A program made the translations under genes and the position numbers. Of a stretch of DNA of 64,000 bases, positions 1 through 14,300 are shown one piece after another. The notes beneath the pieces were generated by a model. It searched no databases, was not told where the DNA came from, and saw only the letters and a program-made list of their open reading frames with translations. The DNA is taken from positions 9,042,213-9,106,212 of the forward strand of contig OZ234493.1 in assembly GCA_965153455.1 (NCBI GenBank), read 5' to 3'. Positions within the stretch are counted from its first letter, which is position 1; each line of letters opens with the position of its first letter. Source of the DNA: Sphagnum compactum. Taxonomy: Eukaryota.

Positions 1-170
1 GTTTACACAAAACAAGCTAATGGTTTCTTGCAGGCTTGTGCCCGTAACATATGGATGACGAAAGGTCTACAAGGTTGGTAGAGGTTTTTGGTTGTTTACA
101 GAAGCAAGCTAATAGTGTTTTGCAAGGCTTGTGCCCATAACATATGAACGATGAAAGGTCTACAAGGTTT
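1..170 (+). repeat. Two ~80-bp direct repeat units
   Basis: GTTTACA.AA..CAAGCTAAT...GGCTTGTGCCC.TAACATATG...GAAAGGTCTACAAGGTT at 1-76 and 94-170. Confidence 0.85.
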
Positions 171-1179
171 GCCACTCTCAGTCTTAACCTTCCTTTTAAA
201 AAAACACAAGTTTTGATTACACTCGGTTTTCATTATTCTTTACCCTTTGCTCTTACCTTTCACTTTTAGTCCTTTTGCTTCCCTTGTCTTCTTGTTTCCT
301 TGGAATAAAGTTGGCCATGTTTACATCATTTGTACTAGAATGAGCTCCACAAAGTTAGACACAACTATTTTCCCTTGTTCTCGCCTCTTTCCTACCCAAT
401 TTGCTTTTCTTCCTCAACTTCCCCTTGCTCTATCCAAACTAGGCATGGTGTTGATGGTCGCAAGGATGTTATTTTTCATGATTTGCCATGATTGATGTTC
501 TAGTCACACAAAGCAACTCTTTGTAGTAGATTTGCCAACATCATGGGCTTTATTGAAAACTTCACAACTATTTTTGTCCTATGTAAATTATGTTGTTAAT
601 TGCAAGTTTTAGATTTCAACTTCATTATATTTACATATCAAGACGAACTTTTAATTTTCCAAGTTGTAAAAAAATAACCTAGGTGACTACTTATGCCCAA
701 TATATGTTTGACAAGTGGTAGCCACACGTGGGTTAAGAGGTGAATAACTACTTGCTTAGGTTTAGAAGGGGAGAAACAATGGTTACTAAGTTAATTGTTG
801 AGTACAAAACTTGTGGTTACACAATTCAACCATGGTAAATTCTACAAGCAACCAAATTCAAGTTGTAGTAGGAAAATTGACAACTAGCTCATGAACAAAG
901 AAACATTTAAACACCCACAACATGAACTAAGTAGAAAATCAACATAACTTTTTCTTTTCTTTTTTGGTGTAACAAACTTAATATTAAGTGCCTTCAACCT
1001 TGTCCTTCTTAAGGGAATTGAACCCTAGCCATTATGGACCTTACCCACTTCAATTAGAAAATACATGCTTACAAAAACAAAAGTTAAAACAACATAAGAT
1101 ACGTATTAAAAAAACTTGTAGTAATGTGAGGTTAATACTTGTAGAATATCTAATGTATTCATAACCATAAAAACAAATG

Positions 1180-1990
1180 TAAGGTTCAAACATCCAATTC
1201 ATGACCCTTTTTCACATTTAAGATTATGATTGCAGTATCAAATGGAAAGGTTTCAAGGGTAAAAATAAAAAATAAAAATTTGCACATACATGTGCATAGT
1301 GAGATTTAAGTGCATTATCAACCTATTTTTCAATTTACTTTACACAAAATTCAAGGTGAAAAAACACCTCTTGTCTTTCACACTACTTAATACCATAATC
1401 ATTAACAACTCAATTCATTCAAAACATTTAGATAGTTGATGTGCAATGAGCTGGTTGTTCCATAACACGCACCGCATTTCATACATAGATTATTGTTGTG
1501 AGGTAGTTTCATGACAACTTGGGAATTATTTTGCATTGCAATCTTGAAGAAAAAACACTTATGGTCTAGTAGCTTTTCATTAAAAATAAACTAAATGAAA
1601 ATTTGATTTAGACCAACACTCTTCCCATAGTAGTAATGGGCTTTTAGAATGTTTAATTGCACAAAAAATGTGTGTTTCGCTTATGATTGAACCCAAAATT
1701 GTGAAAACATAATGATTGTGATATGCATGGTATCCTGAGCAAAAAAACCTTTTTTTCAATTCTTCAATGAGACCCAAAATAACGCTAGTGCATTACTTCT
1801 TCATGTCTTCAATTACAGTCAACCAATCAACTTTAAAAACTAAATTGAAGACCCTCATTATAGAATCTTGCTTGTGCACCATGATAATACACCCAAAACA
1901 TTGGAATGTTGCACTTTCCAAAGGAAAACTAAAAACAATAACCCAACTCATGTTCAAAGCTTCATTCTAATGTTTAACAATGGAAAAAAA
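1180..1990 (-). mobile_element. Decayed hAT-superfamily transposase C-terminal (dimerisation) region
   Basis: Minus strand ~1395-1280 reads VVLSSVKDKRCFFTLNFV*SKLKNRLIMHLNLTMHMYVQ, matching the hAT dimerisation consensus (S...ERCFS.L...K.KLRNRL..HL). It is preceded by FFKIAMQNNSQ. Confidence 0.7.
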
Positions 1991-2154
1991 TGTTAAATTA
2001 CTTTGATGAATACTTAATGGTTAGATCATAATACGTTAGGTCACGAAATTGCATATGCATATACATTGGGTCTAATTAAACTTTGAACACATTTGAACCT
2101 TGGAATTATGAATGTTAGACCTAAAAAGTCTCAACATTGCATTATAGTTCCAAA

Positions 2155-4307
2155 CACTACTAGAATTTTTAGATTTTGTAACTATTATTTGTAACTAATT
2201 TTCAGTTGCATGCAATTACATTTTTTTGTAGTTTTTAAAAACAAGTTGCACACGACATTTTGTTGCATGCAACATTACATATACAACATATATATATAAT
2301 GTCAATATATGTGTTTATCCATACATACCAATTCAAATGTAATTGCACTTTATATGCAACTCTCCTTACAACTACAATGCAACTAATTGATGTATGGCAT
2401 GTGTTTTAAAATTGGGCAAATTACTTGCGAGACACATGTCATTTTTAATTATTTATGTTTTTCAAAATTAAAATATCATTGGATTATTTTCAATTGTCAA
2501 AACTTTTGCCATTACAATGATGACACGTGGCACACCATGGAAGATTCATTGCAAATTTGACATGTGTCCAATTTTAGCACTAATTATATGGTGACACATG
2601 GCAAATCTAAGGCCCACTTATCCATTTTTTTCATAAAAATTAATGAAACTTGGATCATCCAATTTAAGGTTAATAAGATGTTGACACATGGTGCCTAGGT
2701 AGGTAGGTAATTATTATGCCCTACTATGTAAAGAGGTAGGTTGAAAGGTAGGCTTAAGCTAGATAAGTAAGTTTAGAATTTTATTTTGAGTTTAGCCATT
2801 TAAGGTCAAGTTTTTTTATTAGTTCATCCACAATGGCATTTAGTACTTGTTTTGTGGACACGACTATTGAACCTATTTATATAATGTTCAAAATTGGATT
2901 GAAGGCCAAAAGATATGGGATAAAAAATTTCAATTATAAGCATCACCAACTTAGTTGCACATTAGATGCAACTACTATGTTAATATTTATGTTATGTACT
3001 ACCTTAAATTACTTATTAGCTATATATCAATATATAGAAGTAATAATAACTAATAATATTAAAATAAAATTTATGGAAAATAAAATTATTACTATTAAAA
3101 ATGAACAATATTTTTTGGTGTTAAAATAATTATATCAATAATTATAAATAAAAATATTTTAAATAATTATGATTACATATAATAATTTATAATATTATAA
3201 TATTATTACCTAATTTAAGTTAGTAGGTAGTTAATTTAGGCTAGAATATTTATAAGTTAACCATGTATCCTACTGGCCATAGGTATATTAACATAATTAA
3301 TAATAGTACAAATAGATATAATTATAGTTTTAATAAAATTTTAATAAAAATATTACCTATAGTATTTAATCATTACTATTATAATATCAATATACTAATA
3401 ATAATAAGAACTAATATTAACTGTTCATATTAATATTAATCTTTGTTATATCACCAAGTTAAAGGAAAGTGGGGCATTTAAAAAATAGTGTGGTTGCAAC
3501 TTTGTTGACTTTTTATTTTATTTTTGTTTCATCAAATTTACATTTTTACAAATTCCAAATAAAATTCATGAATAAAATAGGTTGAATATTTTTTAAGTTC
3601 TACTTGCCAATAATAATATTTAATATATTTGACAAATATAAATTGAAAACTTACAATATATATTTTAACCATGGTTTGTTTAATGTAACTTAATTTGACC
3701 ATGGTTAATTTAGCTTTCTAGTTAATTTAACTTAAGTTAGTTTGGCCATGGTTAATTGGGCTACCTAATTAGTTTAGCCATGGTTAATTTAATTTTTTAA
3801 TTAGTTTAGGCATGATTAATTTCATTTTATAGTCAATTTAACCATAGTTAGTTTAATCATGATTAATTTTAGCGTCCTAATTACTTTATCCATGGTTTAG
3901 TTTAGCCATGGGTAGTTTAAATTCCTATTTAAGTTGTTATTATAACCAATATGGTTAGTTTAATCAAGGTTTAACTTAGGTTTAACTTTGGTTAGTGTGA
4001 GTTTAATCTATGTTTAACCAATGTTTAGTTTTGGCTAGCCTTCATTAGCATGGGTTTAGTTTTAGTGCTAGAGATATAACATTATTATATATAGCTTAGG
4101 TAGATATTGGGTATACTAATGTAGGTTTGTATTAGCTCATGATATTATTTTTATGACATGTGTCCATATTTTACACCATTAGCTACATGTTAGTTGCGAC
4201 ACAACCATACAACCCAAAAAATATACGATTTCAATTTTGTAATTGCAAGCATGACCAATGTAATTGCAAATGACAATTAGTTGCATATGACATGATTTTC
4301 ATCAGTG
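2155..4307. mobile_element. Possible non-autonomous CACTA-type element
   Basis: Starts CACTACTAGAA (2155) and ends TTTTCATCAGTG (4307), flanked by AAA on both sides (3-bp TSD-like). Both subtermini are rich in GTTGCA/TGCAAC motifs. The TIR match beyond CACT is poor. Related GTTGCAAC/GGTAGG-rich sequence recurs at ~19650-20800. Confidence 0.35.
3660..4060 (+). repeat. Degenerate minisatellite (TTTAGCCATGGTTAATTT-type units)
   Basis: About 10 degenerate CCATGGTTA-centred units at roughly 30-bp spacing. Confidence 0.7.
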
Positions 4308-5169
4308 AAATCGGTTTTAACAACAATGTTTGTTGATTGGTCCTCAAACAAAAGGGGCATGCTTTTCTTTCAATTGTTCAATAACACATGATTTAAAACC
4401 TTGAAAAACTAACACCATCTATGCCAAAACATATTAGATTTGAACCTAAGTTCGACTTAGAAAGCCTTCCATATTGTAGCAAGGCATGCACAATTAACTT
4501 GGTGAGATTATTTATAAAATCACAATCCGTAACTTATGTAGAGTTAATGTAGGAGGGGACTTGTTTCCACCCTTCCACCACAAACACATGTAGACTTATT
4601 CAACTTTAGTAATCAAATAATTGTGATTTCATCACAACTCACAACAATAAATTGGGCCTTCTACATCACCATACACATGGACCACAAAACCACCTTGTGC
4701 ATACATTCTACCATACTCCAACTAGAAGAATCCAACCAATGATTCCAAGGATTGTTAGGCTTTCAAATAAAATTGAATATGTTTTTCATATTCCTAAAAT
4801 CTAACATTGGTTGTGCTTGCTTCAAGAGATGAAGTATTGTAACAAATTACACAAAATTATGTTTCCTGTCAATATGACCAATGTTAACAACTTGCTAAAT
4901 GATAGATTTTTTGCATGTTAACTCTTTTTTTTTTTTCATTTTTAACATGTTGATTTTTACAACTTATGAAATGTTCCCAACATGCATCACAAATGTGCAA
5001 CTTGACCTTGCAATGGTTAGCATGTTTTTTTGCAAACCATTGAATTTGGGAATAAACAACTTATCATGACATTGCACAACATTGTACTTGTGAATTTTTT
5101 AAGCAATGCACAAGATTGTTTATTAGTAGCTACTACTGCTCCTATTCTTGTAGGCCACTGTTTTTTTTC

Positions 5170-6400
5170 ATGCAGTACTTTGTTTCAAGATGCATCGTTT
5201 CGGACCCGAAATGCAAAGCAAAAGACTGAGCACACGCCATGTGATGTTAAATCCTATTGGCCCCAGCTCCTTTGCAAGCTAGAGTGCCTACATCACCGAA
5301 TCCTTTTACTGAACCGAATCACTTTGAAGAGGAGTTGCCAGAAGAGAATGGACTGCGGGGATTTGCCAGGGGACAGGACAGAGATAGAGTGTTACCTGCT
5401 GGTGGAGGAAGGTTAGCTCGAATGTCTATAGCTGATCGCCTTCTCTTCCAAAAACTAAAGAAGAAGTGCAGTTCGCAAGAAAAAACATTAGAGAGGCATT
5501 CTGAAAGTTTGCACCTAGCTATTCAAAAAAGCAAGGTGATTCCAAAATGTGCAGATTGGAATTATGTCAAGGTATTCAAATTTTCCATTTTCAATTAAAA
5601 ATCTTAAAAAGATGAATAAAAAAACTAGGATGAAGATGTGGTTTGTATCCTCATGATAATTAAGATGTGGTTTTTATGTTCCTCTTACCCATAATAATTC
5701 CCACATAATGTTGTGTTTTTGTGTAGAAAAAACTACTATATATTACTAGGGAATTGTTCCTAGGAAAAGATGCAACAATCTACACATTCTATCCATTGAT
5801 GGAGACAATGAAGGATGCAATATTGCATACCTTTGCAATCCCTGAAGAAGACATAGAAACACGACAAGTTTTTCTCCAAGCTTGGGGACCTCAAACCTTG
5901 CAAGAGCCAAGCCTTGGTGGTCGGGTTGCCAAACAAATGAGGGATACAAGAGGTAATTACACCCGAATAGCTCGAGAGGAATTGTACTGTCTCCTCCACA
6001 TCCCGAAACCCCCCTTAAATGCATCCATGACTGTGAAGGAGGAATGGAAGGAGGCTTTGGACACTTTGAAAAATGAAGACAAGTGGTGCATTGCAGAATT
6101 ACCAGATGGACAAATTGATCTATGGCTCTATAGCAATCCATGGAGTAGTGGCTAAAGTCATTGTGGGATCACATTATGATCCTTCTAAAAAGGTGGATCT
6201 CACCTTGGACCAAACCTCTTTTCTTTTTCTACTTGTTGGAGCTTGCGATGGAGGATAAGAACTTGTCACACGTGGATGGCCGAGTACAAGCCCACAATAT
6301 GAAGTTCCTTGAAAACAAGATTGTCAATGTCATTCCTATGTTGAAGAAGTTCCAGGTCCTGGATCATCCCCATGATGAGGAATATGCATAAGACAAATAT
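5170..6400 (+). pseudogene. Decayed spliced ORF of unknown function (probably transposon- or virus-derived)
   Basis: Coding-like GC island in AT-rich DNA. ORF 5257-5571 ends at a donor (AAG|GTATTC), an AT-rich intron runs to TGTAG| at 5726, then frameshifted coding segments 5754-6155 and 6161-6391 follow. No family recognised. Confidence 0.45.
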
Positions 6401-7680
6401 CCTCCCAGATGTGATGCCTTAATGCATGCAGATTGGTTAATTTTCCATTAAAAAAATAGTGAAGATGAACAAGCATCTTAGTACATTGAAAAGTGTTTTG
6501 CATGGGGAGGGAAGTCTAATTCAGTTCACATTGCCAAATTAGGCTTAATGGCATCACATAATTTTGAGGTTGTTGAAACCTATAGTTTTGGGTTCTAACT
6601 CTATATACTTTGATTCCTTGTTCCGACTGCAGATTCTGCAATCTTTGTTAACTTTGCCATGAAATGGAGTACATTCATGAATCTGCAATATTTGCTACCT
6701 CGCTATGGAATGGATTACATTCATTGTTGTTGTCATATTGCTAGAATTGACATACTAGTTACCTTCAAAGAAGAGTTGTCTTTCCAATCACATAGATGTC
6801 CTCTTTCCAATATCTTATTGAAGTTGATGGCTTAAGCAAGTCAAAGGTTATGATGCAAGAGGTTGTAGATAGATGCAAAAGGGAGTAGTACTCTTAGATG
6901 GGGGGATACAAGGATTATTTGTATTCAAAAATGCAATATTGCTGGTTGCTGGTGGTTTCTCTAATTGCTTAAAACAGCAAATGAAACAAAGCTTGGATGT
7001 TGCAACATTTGTTGAGGAGTTCAAGGACATTTTGGTAACCCTACTCAATGCTCTTTTTTACACGTTAAGCTGCACTAGTAGAGATTGCTAAACTATTAAC
7101 TATAGTGTGTGAGACTCATAAGCTGCCTTTGGCATAGACTTGGGTTCCTGGCATTGTCACATGTAGTGTATGTTGTAACAGCAGAACATTGGCACTCATT
7201 TGATGAGATCTTTATGTAGTAAAAATTGGGTTCCTTGTGTTGGATCTAATTGTCACAAAACTTTAACATTGATAATACATCTCTTTCTCCTATTCATGCG
7301 CATCATGATCTACATAGGTTTGGTTTATGATAAATTTTGCGTCATGCTTTATGATAGGTAAAGCCCATGGGGCGAGGGACATTACCAAAACACGAGGCTG
7401 AACTCAACCATCACCTTATCCTAGGCCCCTTATATTGATAATGCCCCACCCTAGGGCTTTACCTTACACAAAAATTGCCCTAATTCAAGGTAGGGTGGTT
7501 GAATGTGCAATTTTCCTTGTCAAATTAATGCAAAAATTCACACCAAAAACAAAAAAAAGGCTACCAACATCATTAAAAAGGTCAAATAAACTACACAAGA
7601 CTGTTTTAAACATAAATAAAAAATAGAAATTATAAATATAAGGGCATACATCTAAATAAAGGAAGGGTGTGCTACACTTT

Positions 7681-8240
7681 GGCCTTGCCATTTTACATTA
7701 AAATGTATCTTAAGGCAAAAGAAGAATTATGCAAACTCAAATATATTTCACCATGCAAAAATTATACCTAATCTTCAAAAAATCCCATAAGAGAAACCAA
7801 AATCCTTCAAGGTATTATAACTCTATACCCAATCTCAAGTTTCAACACAAGTCAAAATATCATCTTTCAAAAAATCCTCATATAAAAATAGACCTATTAT
7901 TATTATACCTCGGGGCCTATAAAAATCCCTTAAGCTACTACTATACTCTATAATGAATCTAAACACAACAATATCCTTCTTGCCTTGCCATTTAGATTAA
8001 AAAAGTATTTCAAGGCAAAAAGAATAATTATGAAAATTCAAATATTTTTACTGTGTAAAAATATAATCTTCAAATAAATCCTCTAAAAAAGAGACCAAAA
8101 TCCTTCAAGATATTATAACTGTATAACTAATAATCTCAAGTTTTAACACAAGCCAAAATTTCATCTTTCAAAAATCCTCATATAAATAAATAGACCTATT
8201 ATTATTTATTACCTTGGGGCCCAAAATCCCTTAAGCTACC
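7681..8240 (+). repeat. Tandem duplication with 300-bp period directly upstream of PYROXD2
   Basis: GCCTTGCCATTT..ATTAAAA...AAGGCAAAA...AAAATCCTTCAAG.TATTATAACT...AGACCTATTATTAT...GGGGCC...AAAATCCCTTAAGCTAC occurs at 7681-7940 and 7981-8240. Confidence 0.9.
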
Positions 8241-8379
8241 CACCGTGGCCGGGGGCGGCCGATTCCCGCTGGCGGAAAAGACCATTGGCGCGTGCAGAAT
8301 GGGGCAAGGGAGGCCAAGGGCAGAAAGAACGTTCTTTAAGACGTGCTAACGCTTCGTAGCGCTTTGCACAGACACAGTA

Positions 8380-11300
8380 ATGGCGTTCTGCTGCGGGCGA
8401 CCTTGCGGAGCTGCTGCTGGGACTGCTGCGGCGCTGGGGATTGCTGTCGCCTCTTGCCGCTTCCTCTTCACAGATGCTAAGCTCAAAGGCAGTGCCTGGC
8501 TTTCGGAAAGGTTACAAATTGGAACTCATTAGATTGAAGTTCTCTCCAATGCTCTTGTTGCTCAGGATTCGTAATTGCAGGTCTCTTACCTCATCATGTA
8601 AGTTAGAAGATGCAGAGAGGTTTTTTTTGGGGGGGGAGGGGGGGGGGGCTGTTCTCTTTTGGTGTGCCAATTCTGCAATGGATTAGAGCGATTCCTTTAG
8701 ATTGTCTTGAGAGTTGTGAGGCGTGCGTGCATTTGTGCGTGAGTTTTCAGAAAAAGACAGCCGAAATTCTTGGTCTAAAAAGACTTGGGAGAATTATGAC
8801 TGTTGCGTATGTGTTATGTCGACTCTCGTCTTCTTGAAGATATGGTAATATCTGTTTAGCGGGAATTTTAGGTGGGAGAGGGATTGTTTGAGAGAATGGG
8901 ATTGTTTTCTGAGAGTCGACATCTGTGATTGAATGGTACTGGGACGATTTCGATATTGTGGGGGAAGTCTCTGTTCGTTGATTCCTAGACAGATTGGTTT
9001 TTTCCAAACAATGTGTTTTGGGAATTGCAGAGTGTGGGATGCGGTTGTTGTTGGAGGAGGCCACAATGGTCTCACGGCGGCAGCGTACCTTGCCCGTGCG
9101 AATCTCCAGGTGGCAGTGCTAGAGAAGCGGCATGTACTGGGTGGCGCAGCAGTCACGGAGGAGATTGTCCCGGGGTTCAAATTCTCAAGAGCAAGCTACC
9201 TTCAGAGCTTACTTCGGCCAGGCATTATCCAGTAAGCACAACAGAAAATCCACCATTCCACCTTTGGAATTTGAGGTTCCGGACCACATACGCATTTCTT
9301 TTCAAGAGTGTCACATCAGAGATTTAACACTCAGACATGGGGGGTGGCAGGGAGCTTGATTTGCAAAGGCATGGTTTGAAGTTGCTGCCAAGGAATCCAT
9401 CCTCATTCACTCCAACTGTAGATGGCCGCTTTCTTCTCATGGGTCCTGATGCTTCACTGAATGAGGCAGAGATATCAAAGTTTTCTGAAAAAGATGCTAA
9501 AGCATATCCAGAGTAAGTCTTTTGAATCTATCAACATTAGAGGGTGATGGGGCAGTAATGGAATGGAGATGATCTGTGCTATGAATATTGCACATGCTTG
9601 TAGAGAAAACCTTTCATGGCTGTGACTACTTGATATTGGTTTGGTATTCAGATATGAACGGCAACTAGAAAAGTTTTGTTCAGTGATGAGTCCTCTGTTG
9701 GACACAGTGCCTCCGGAGATGGGCATAAAGAAGGGTTTGCTGAAGGGAAGAATTTGGGATGGTTGGTCCAAGACCAAAGTGCTTGGGGGTTTGTTGAAAC
9801 GCTCAGCAAAGTTGGAGCAAAAAGACATTGCGTGAGTGGACAGGTTTTTAATTGATATCTTGTCATGGATGGCCACTTTCTTTATTTCCATCTTTCAAGG
9901 TCTTGAATGTGCTACACAGTATGGACTTTTCAAGGACTGATTTGTTTTGCTGTTGACAGCTGATTGGTGGTTGGGTGATTGTGGTTCTTCTGCATAGAGC
10001 CTTTGTGGAGCTGCTGCTTGCCCCAGCTTCTAAAGTTCTCAACAGCTGGTTTGAGGTACCCTTCTAAGACACTGGGGACTCAGTGACCCTTCCAACCCTC
10101 ATTGTTATTTGACAAGAGGGCTAGACTGCACCAAGTTAAATCAACTGAGACGATGACTCAGCCTTCACATTGAGTTATGAGAGGTGTTTGGAAACTTTAC
10201 AATTGTTCAATTTCTGTAGATTGATTGATCAAGGGAGAGTTATTATGAAAGTGGTGGTAGGTCTGTTCTGAGGCACTTATAAAGAGTGGGAGTCACAGAA
10301 TCATTTCCTGTCACTACCTCAGAGGAAGCTCCAGTTTGTATTCAGCTGTTCTACACACTTTGACAATGATGCTCCAGTGTTGGGTATGGTGGTGAAGTTG
10401 TGAAAGCTCACACAATGGTCAAATCTGCTATGTGGGGACTGCAGTCAGATGTGCTGAAGGCAACATTGGCAACTGATGCAGTTATTGGAGCAATGGTTAG
10501 TGATTTCAACCTGAGTTACAAATTGGAGTCTAAGGATAGGGATCCAGAGGACTGAACTAGATTCCAGGAAAAGATATTCTGACTTCCAATTTTTTTCATG
10601 CAGGCAAGTGTTCATACACCTGGCAGTGGATATGTGCTATTGCACCATGTGATGGGTGAAACTAATGGTGCTCGTGGCATATGGTCGTAAGTGTCTTCCT
10701 TGCTTTCTCAAGTGACTAAAAGTGGAAATGGTAATCTTTTCTCTGCATTGCTCTACTGTTCTCTTCTGAGGATGCTCATGACCTAGGACACCCAGGTTCA
10801 ACATGTGTTACTGGAATTTTACTAAGATATTAAATCTAAGGCAGAGCATGTTGTGACTGGCTGCTTATTTCTCTAACATCAAATGGCTATAATTCATCAT
10901 GAATGCTTTGCAGACAACAACCTTCTGTTGTCAAATTCCCTCATAGTCTCCTTAACAGATGATTTGGTCTGGACATGTGTTAGAAATGAGCAGTGTGCAT
11001 TTGACAAGGACCTTCCTGTGGAGATTCACATGCTCTTCTGATGTATATCTGCTTATATACTAGGGAAATTACTTGCAATTGGCAGGTATGTGGAAGGAGG
11101 AATGGGGTCTGTGTCAATGGCCATTGCTAGAGCAGCACAGGAAGCTGGTGCAACCTTAGTTACAAATGTGGAGGTTATGAACCTTCCTATAATGATTTTG
11201 CTGCCAAATTGAAAAATACCTCACAACAGCATATGTCATCTTGCAAACTGCACCCGGGAGAGGGAAGGATTAATGTACAATCCTATCATGTATGACCTTG

Positions 11301-14300
11301 AAATTGTTGCTTATTTTGCAGGCAAAGCAATTTTTGGTTGAAGAGCAATTTGAGAATCTTGAGCGAGCAGTCACTGGGGTAAGCATCTTCTATACTGTGT
11401 ACACTAGTTTGTATTGTAAAGGTTTTCATAGTGGTTATCATATCACTTGTGAGTTATATGATGTTCAAAGTTTCCTCCTGCAAATAATACTATGTTACTA
11501 TGATGGTGAACATGAGGACTGCAACTACTTTGGAGAGAGTGATTTGTCAGTAAAAAAGTTGTGTAATACTGCAGAAAAAATGACTGAAATCCAGTTCTTG
11601 AGATAGGCCTGGTGTGGTTAGTGGTCAGGTGGTTCTGGCTGATGGAACAGTTGTACGAGCAAAGCAAGTTCTCTCAAATGCTACACCAGCTGTTACATTC
11701 TTGGTAATCATCTCTCTACTTCCCAGCCATGTAATACTTGTTGCATCCATACATTCTGATGTCAGTACACTACTTGTGTCCTCAACAGAAGGTGTGCTCA
11801 TGAGATGAGGCATGATGAGGATCTCCTGTGATGTGATCTACTCTCTATGTAGGCCTCCCTATGTCTTCAGCTTAGATGCCTGCTTGTACAGGGACATGCT
11901 AAAATGAAATGAAGCTTACCCTCACAAGCTAATTGCAGCTTGAATGAGGATACAATTGACTTTTCTTATTAGGTATGTCTCTTGGGTGCAAGCCAACATC
12001 ATAAATGAGTCTCCCAACTGCTTCCAGAAAAACCCAGCCTGCAGATTTTATATAATGGTTTGCCTGAAATTTTTGGCAGATTATTATTTACTTATCTACA
12101 CCCACTGTCAGGAGCTGATGAAGTCAGCAGGTAGTCATGGCAGTGTGTCACTGCTATCCGTGATGAAGGTGATGGTCTGAAACTTTGTGGGCAATTCTCA
12201 TAAGGTTATGACTGCAATCTCTGTCATGTTACCTTCAAATTGTTGTTGAGGAGATTTCTCTGCAATTTCATACATATGTGATGTTGCAGAAGCTGATGCC
12301 TGATGATATACTTCCTGACGAGTTTATGACTGGAGTCAGATGTATCGACTACAAATCTGTATGCTCCCTTATCTTGCTCTTGTCATCGCTTGTAATGAGT
12401 CCTCCAGTTGGGCAGGAATAAGAGTGCACTCTGCAATCCTCTGTGACTATGGTCCTGCAACCTATGCTTCATTTGCCAAGACTGGTCAGTTGTAAAGACA
12501 TCTAAGATGCTATTTTGGACAGTCTATATTCCACAGGCAGTCATTATGATTTGTGTGAGTTGGGGGCTGGATGAAACTCAAACCCTGACCCACAGCTTGT
12601 TGTAGTGGTCCTACCAGTCAACCTGCAAATTAGTGAATTCTATGGATGCATGCCCAGGTTGACATTGCTGTTGGTTCATTGATGCATTCCTTGGGATGTC
12701 ATGAGATTAGTTTGAAGCTGAATGTGAATGAGGTATTTGGATGGAAACATCAGGGAACAACAAAGATCAACGTGGCTGTGGATACTTTACCAAGGTTTTG
12801 GGCATGTCCACACTCAGGACTTGGGCCTGGACCTGAGCATTTTGGGACTATCCATCTTGGTGCTGACAGGTATTGAATGTTTTTGTCTAAACTGCATCAA
12901 TTCCCTCTTTGAACATTCAAGGGCTTACAGTACTCATACATGTTACCATGCTGTGACTATCTGTGCGATTGGTGGTTGCAGCATGGATGAAATTGACATT
13001 GCCTATAAGGATGCCTTGAGAGGGAAACCATCCACAAGGCCTCTTATTGAAATGACAATTCCATCTGTCTTGGACAATACCATTGCGCCCCCTGGTTGTG
13101 TTCAAACTAACTTTCATGTATATATAAGGTGGTCTTATAGGAGCAAAGAACCTCTCTTGAGAGTGTGTGTTCTGACAACTAGGTGATTGAGAGAGTCTTA
13201 TTGAACAAGGTTGATGGTGTGATATTGGGCTTCAAATACTTGCAGAATCAGGGAAGGGAAATTTGAACTACTTTATCTTAGAAGTGCAAGATCTGTGGTT
13301 GATGTATTTTCAATGTGTCATTTTCTTTGTTTACCTGAGGTTTGTCGATCTACACAGCAGATCTCATGTCTGGCTGAATGATCAGGAAAGCATGTGATCA
13401 ACATGTTTGTACAATACACACCTTTCCACCTTACAGAAGGCAGCTGGGAAGACAAGGCAACTCGAGTATGTGGAACATCTCCTTAAGTCTTAAGGTGTAA
13501 CTGATTATGTACTGTAGTGAATTTGAAATCTGCCAGGGCAGTGCTAAGAGTTCAAGGTCTTGTAGAGAAAGCACAATTGACTATTAAGTGACCAACATTT
13601 TGTTTGACACTGCAGCTGGATATTATGGGTTCTGAATTACCCCTCAGCTGTTCAGGTCTCAGTAGCTAGCTTCAAATGATGTAGTCATCTGTTAGGGACT
13701 ATGTACTACATGCCTTAAGACTTATATGTGGTAGCCTCCTTGTGCAGAATGCATTTGCAAAAACATGTTTTGACCTGGTGGATGAGTACGCTCCAGGCTT
13801 TACCTCATCTGTTCTTGGTTATGACATGCTTACCCCACCTGATTTGGAGAAAGTTCTTGGCCTAACAGGTAAATTTCATCAGACCTTCCATATGCTGTAT
13901 CTCTAGTTTCTGTCTGAGTCTCTGGGCTGTCTCTCCTCCCTGCTCCAAGAGAGCTGTATCCCCTGGACTTTGTGGTTCTGTGTAAGATTGTCTGGAGTTC
14001 TCAATCACACTTTAGCCTCTCTGTCTCTTTATTTTACAGTCTGCCTGCTTGTTTATCTATAGTGGAGCCCTTTCTAACCACACATGGAACTTGACATAAC
14101 CCAACCCAGGTTGGATGGATGCTCCAAATAGTCTTAAGAAAGTTCAGAGTCCCCAACATTTGTAAAGATAAGGTTGGGTACCTGTCCTCATGCTGTAGTC
14201 ACTGAGTGACAAAAGTGTTTCTTGTAGCCTTCCACCTGAAAAGATGTTTGTTTGGAAGTTGGGAGTTGCATACATCAACTACATCAATTCTAGAAGGATA

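Noticed and set aside
12101-12191. Hammerhead ribozyme (GTC...CTGATGA...GAAAC) in intronic element copy A
   Set aside because: Only 5 nt separate GTC from CTGATGA, so no stem I can form. Stems II and III pair poorly, and GAAA is not conserved in copies B (GATA) or C.
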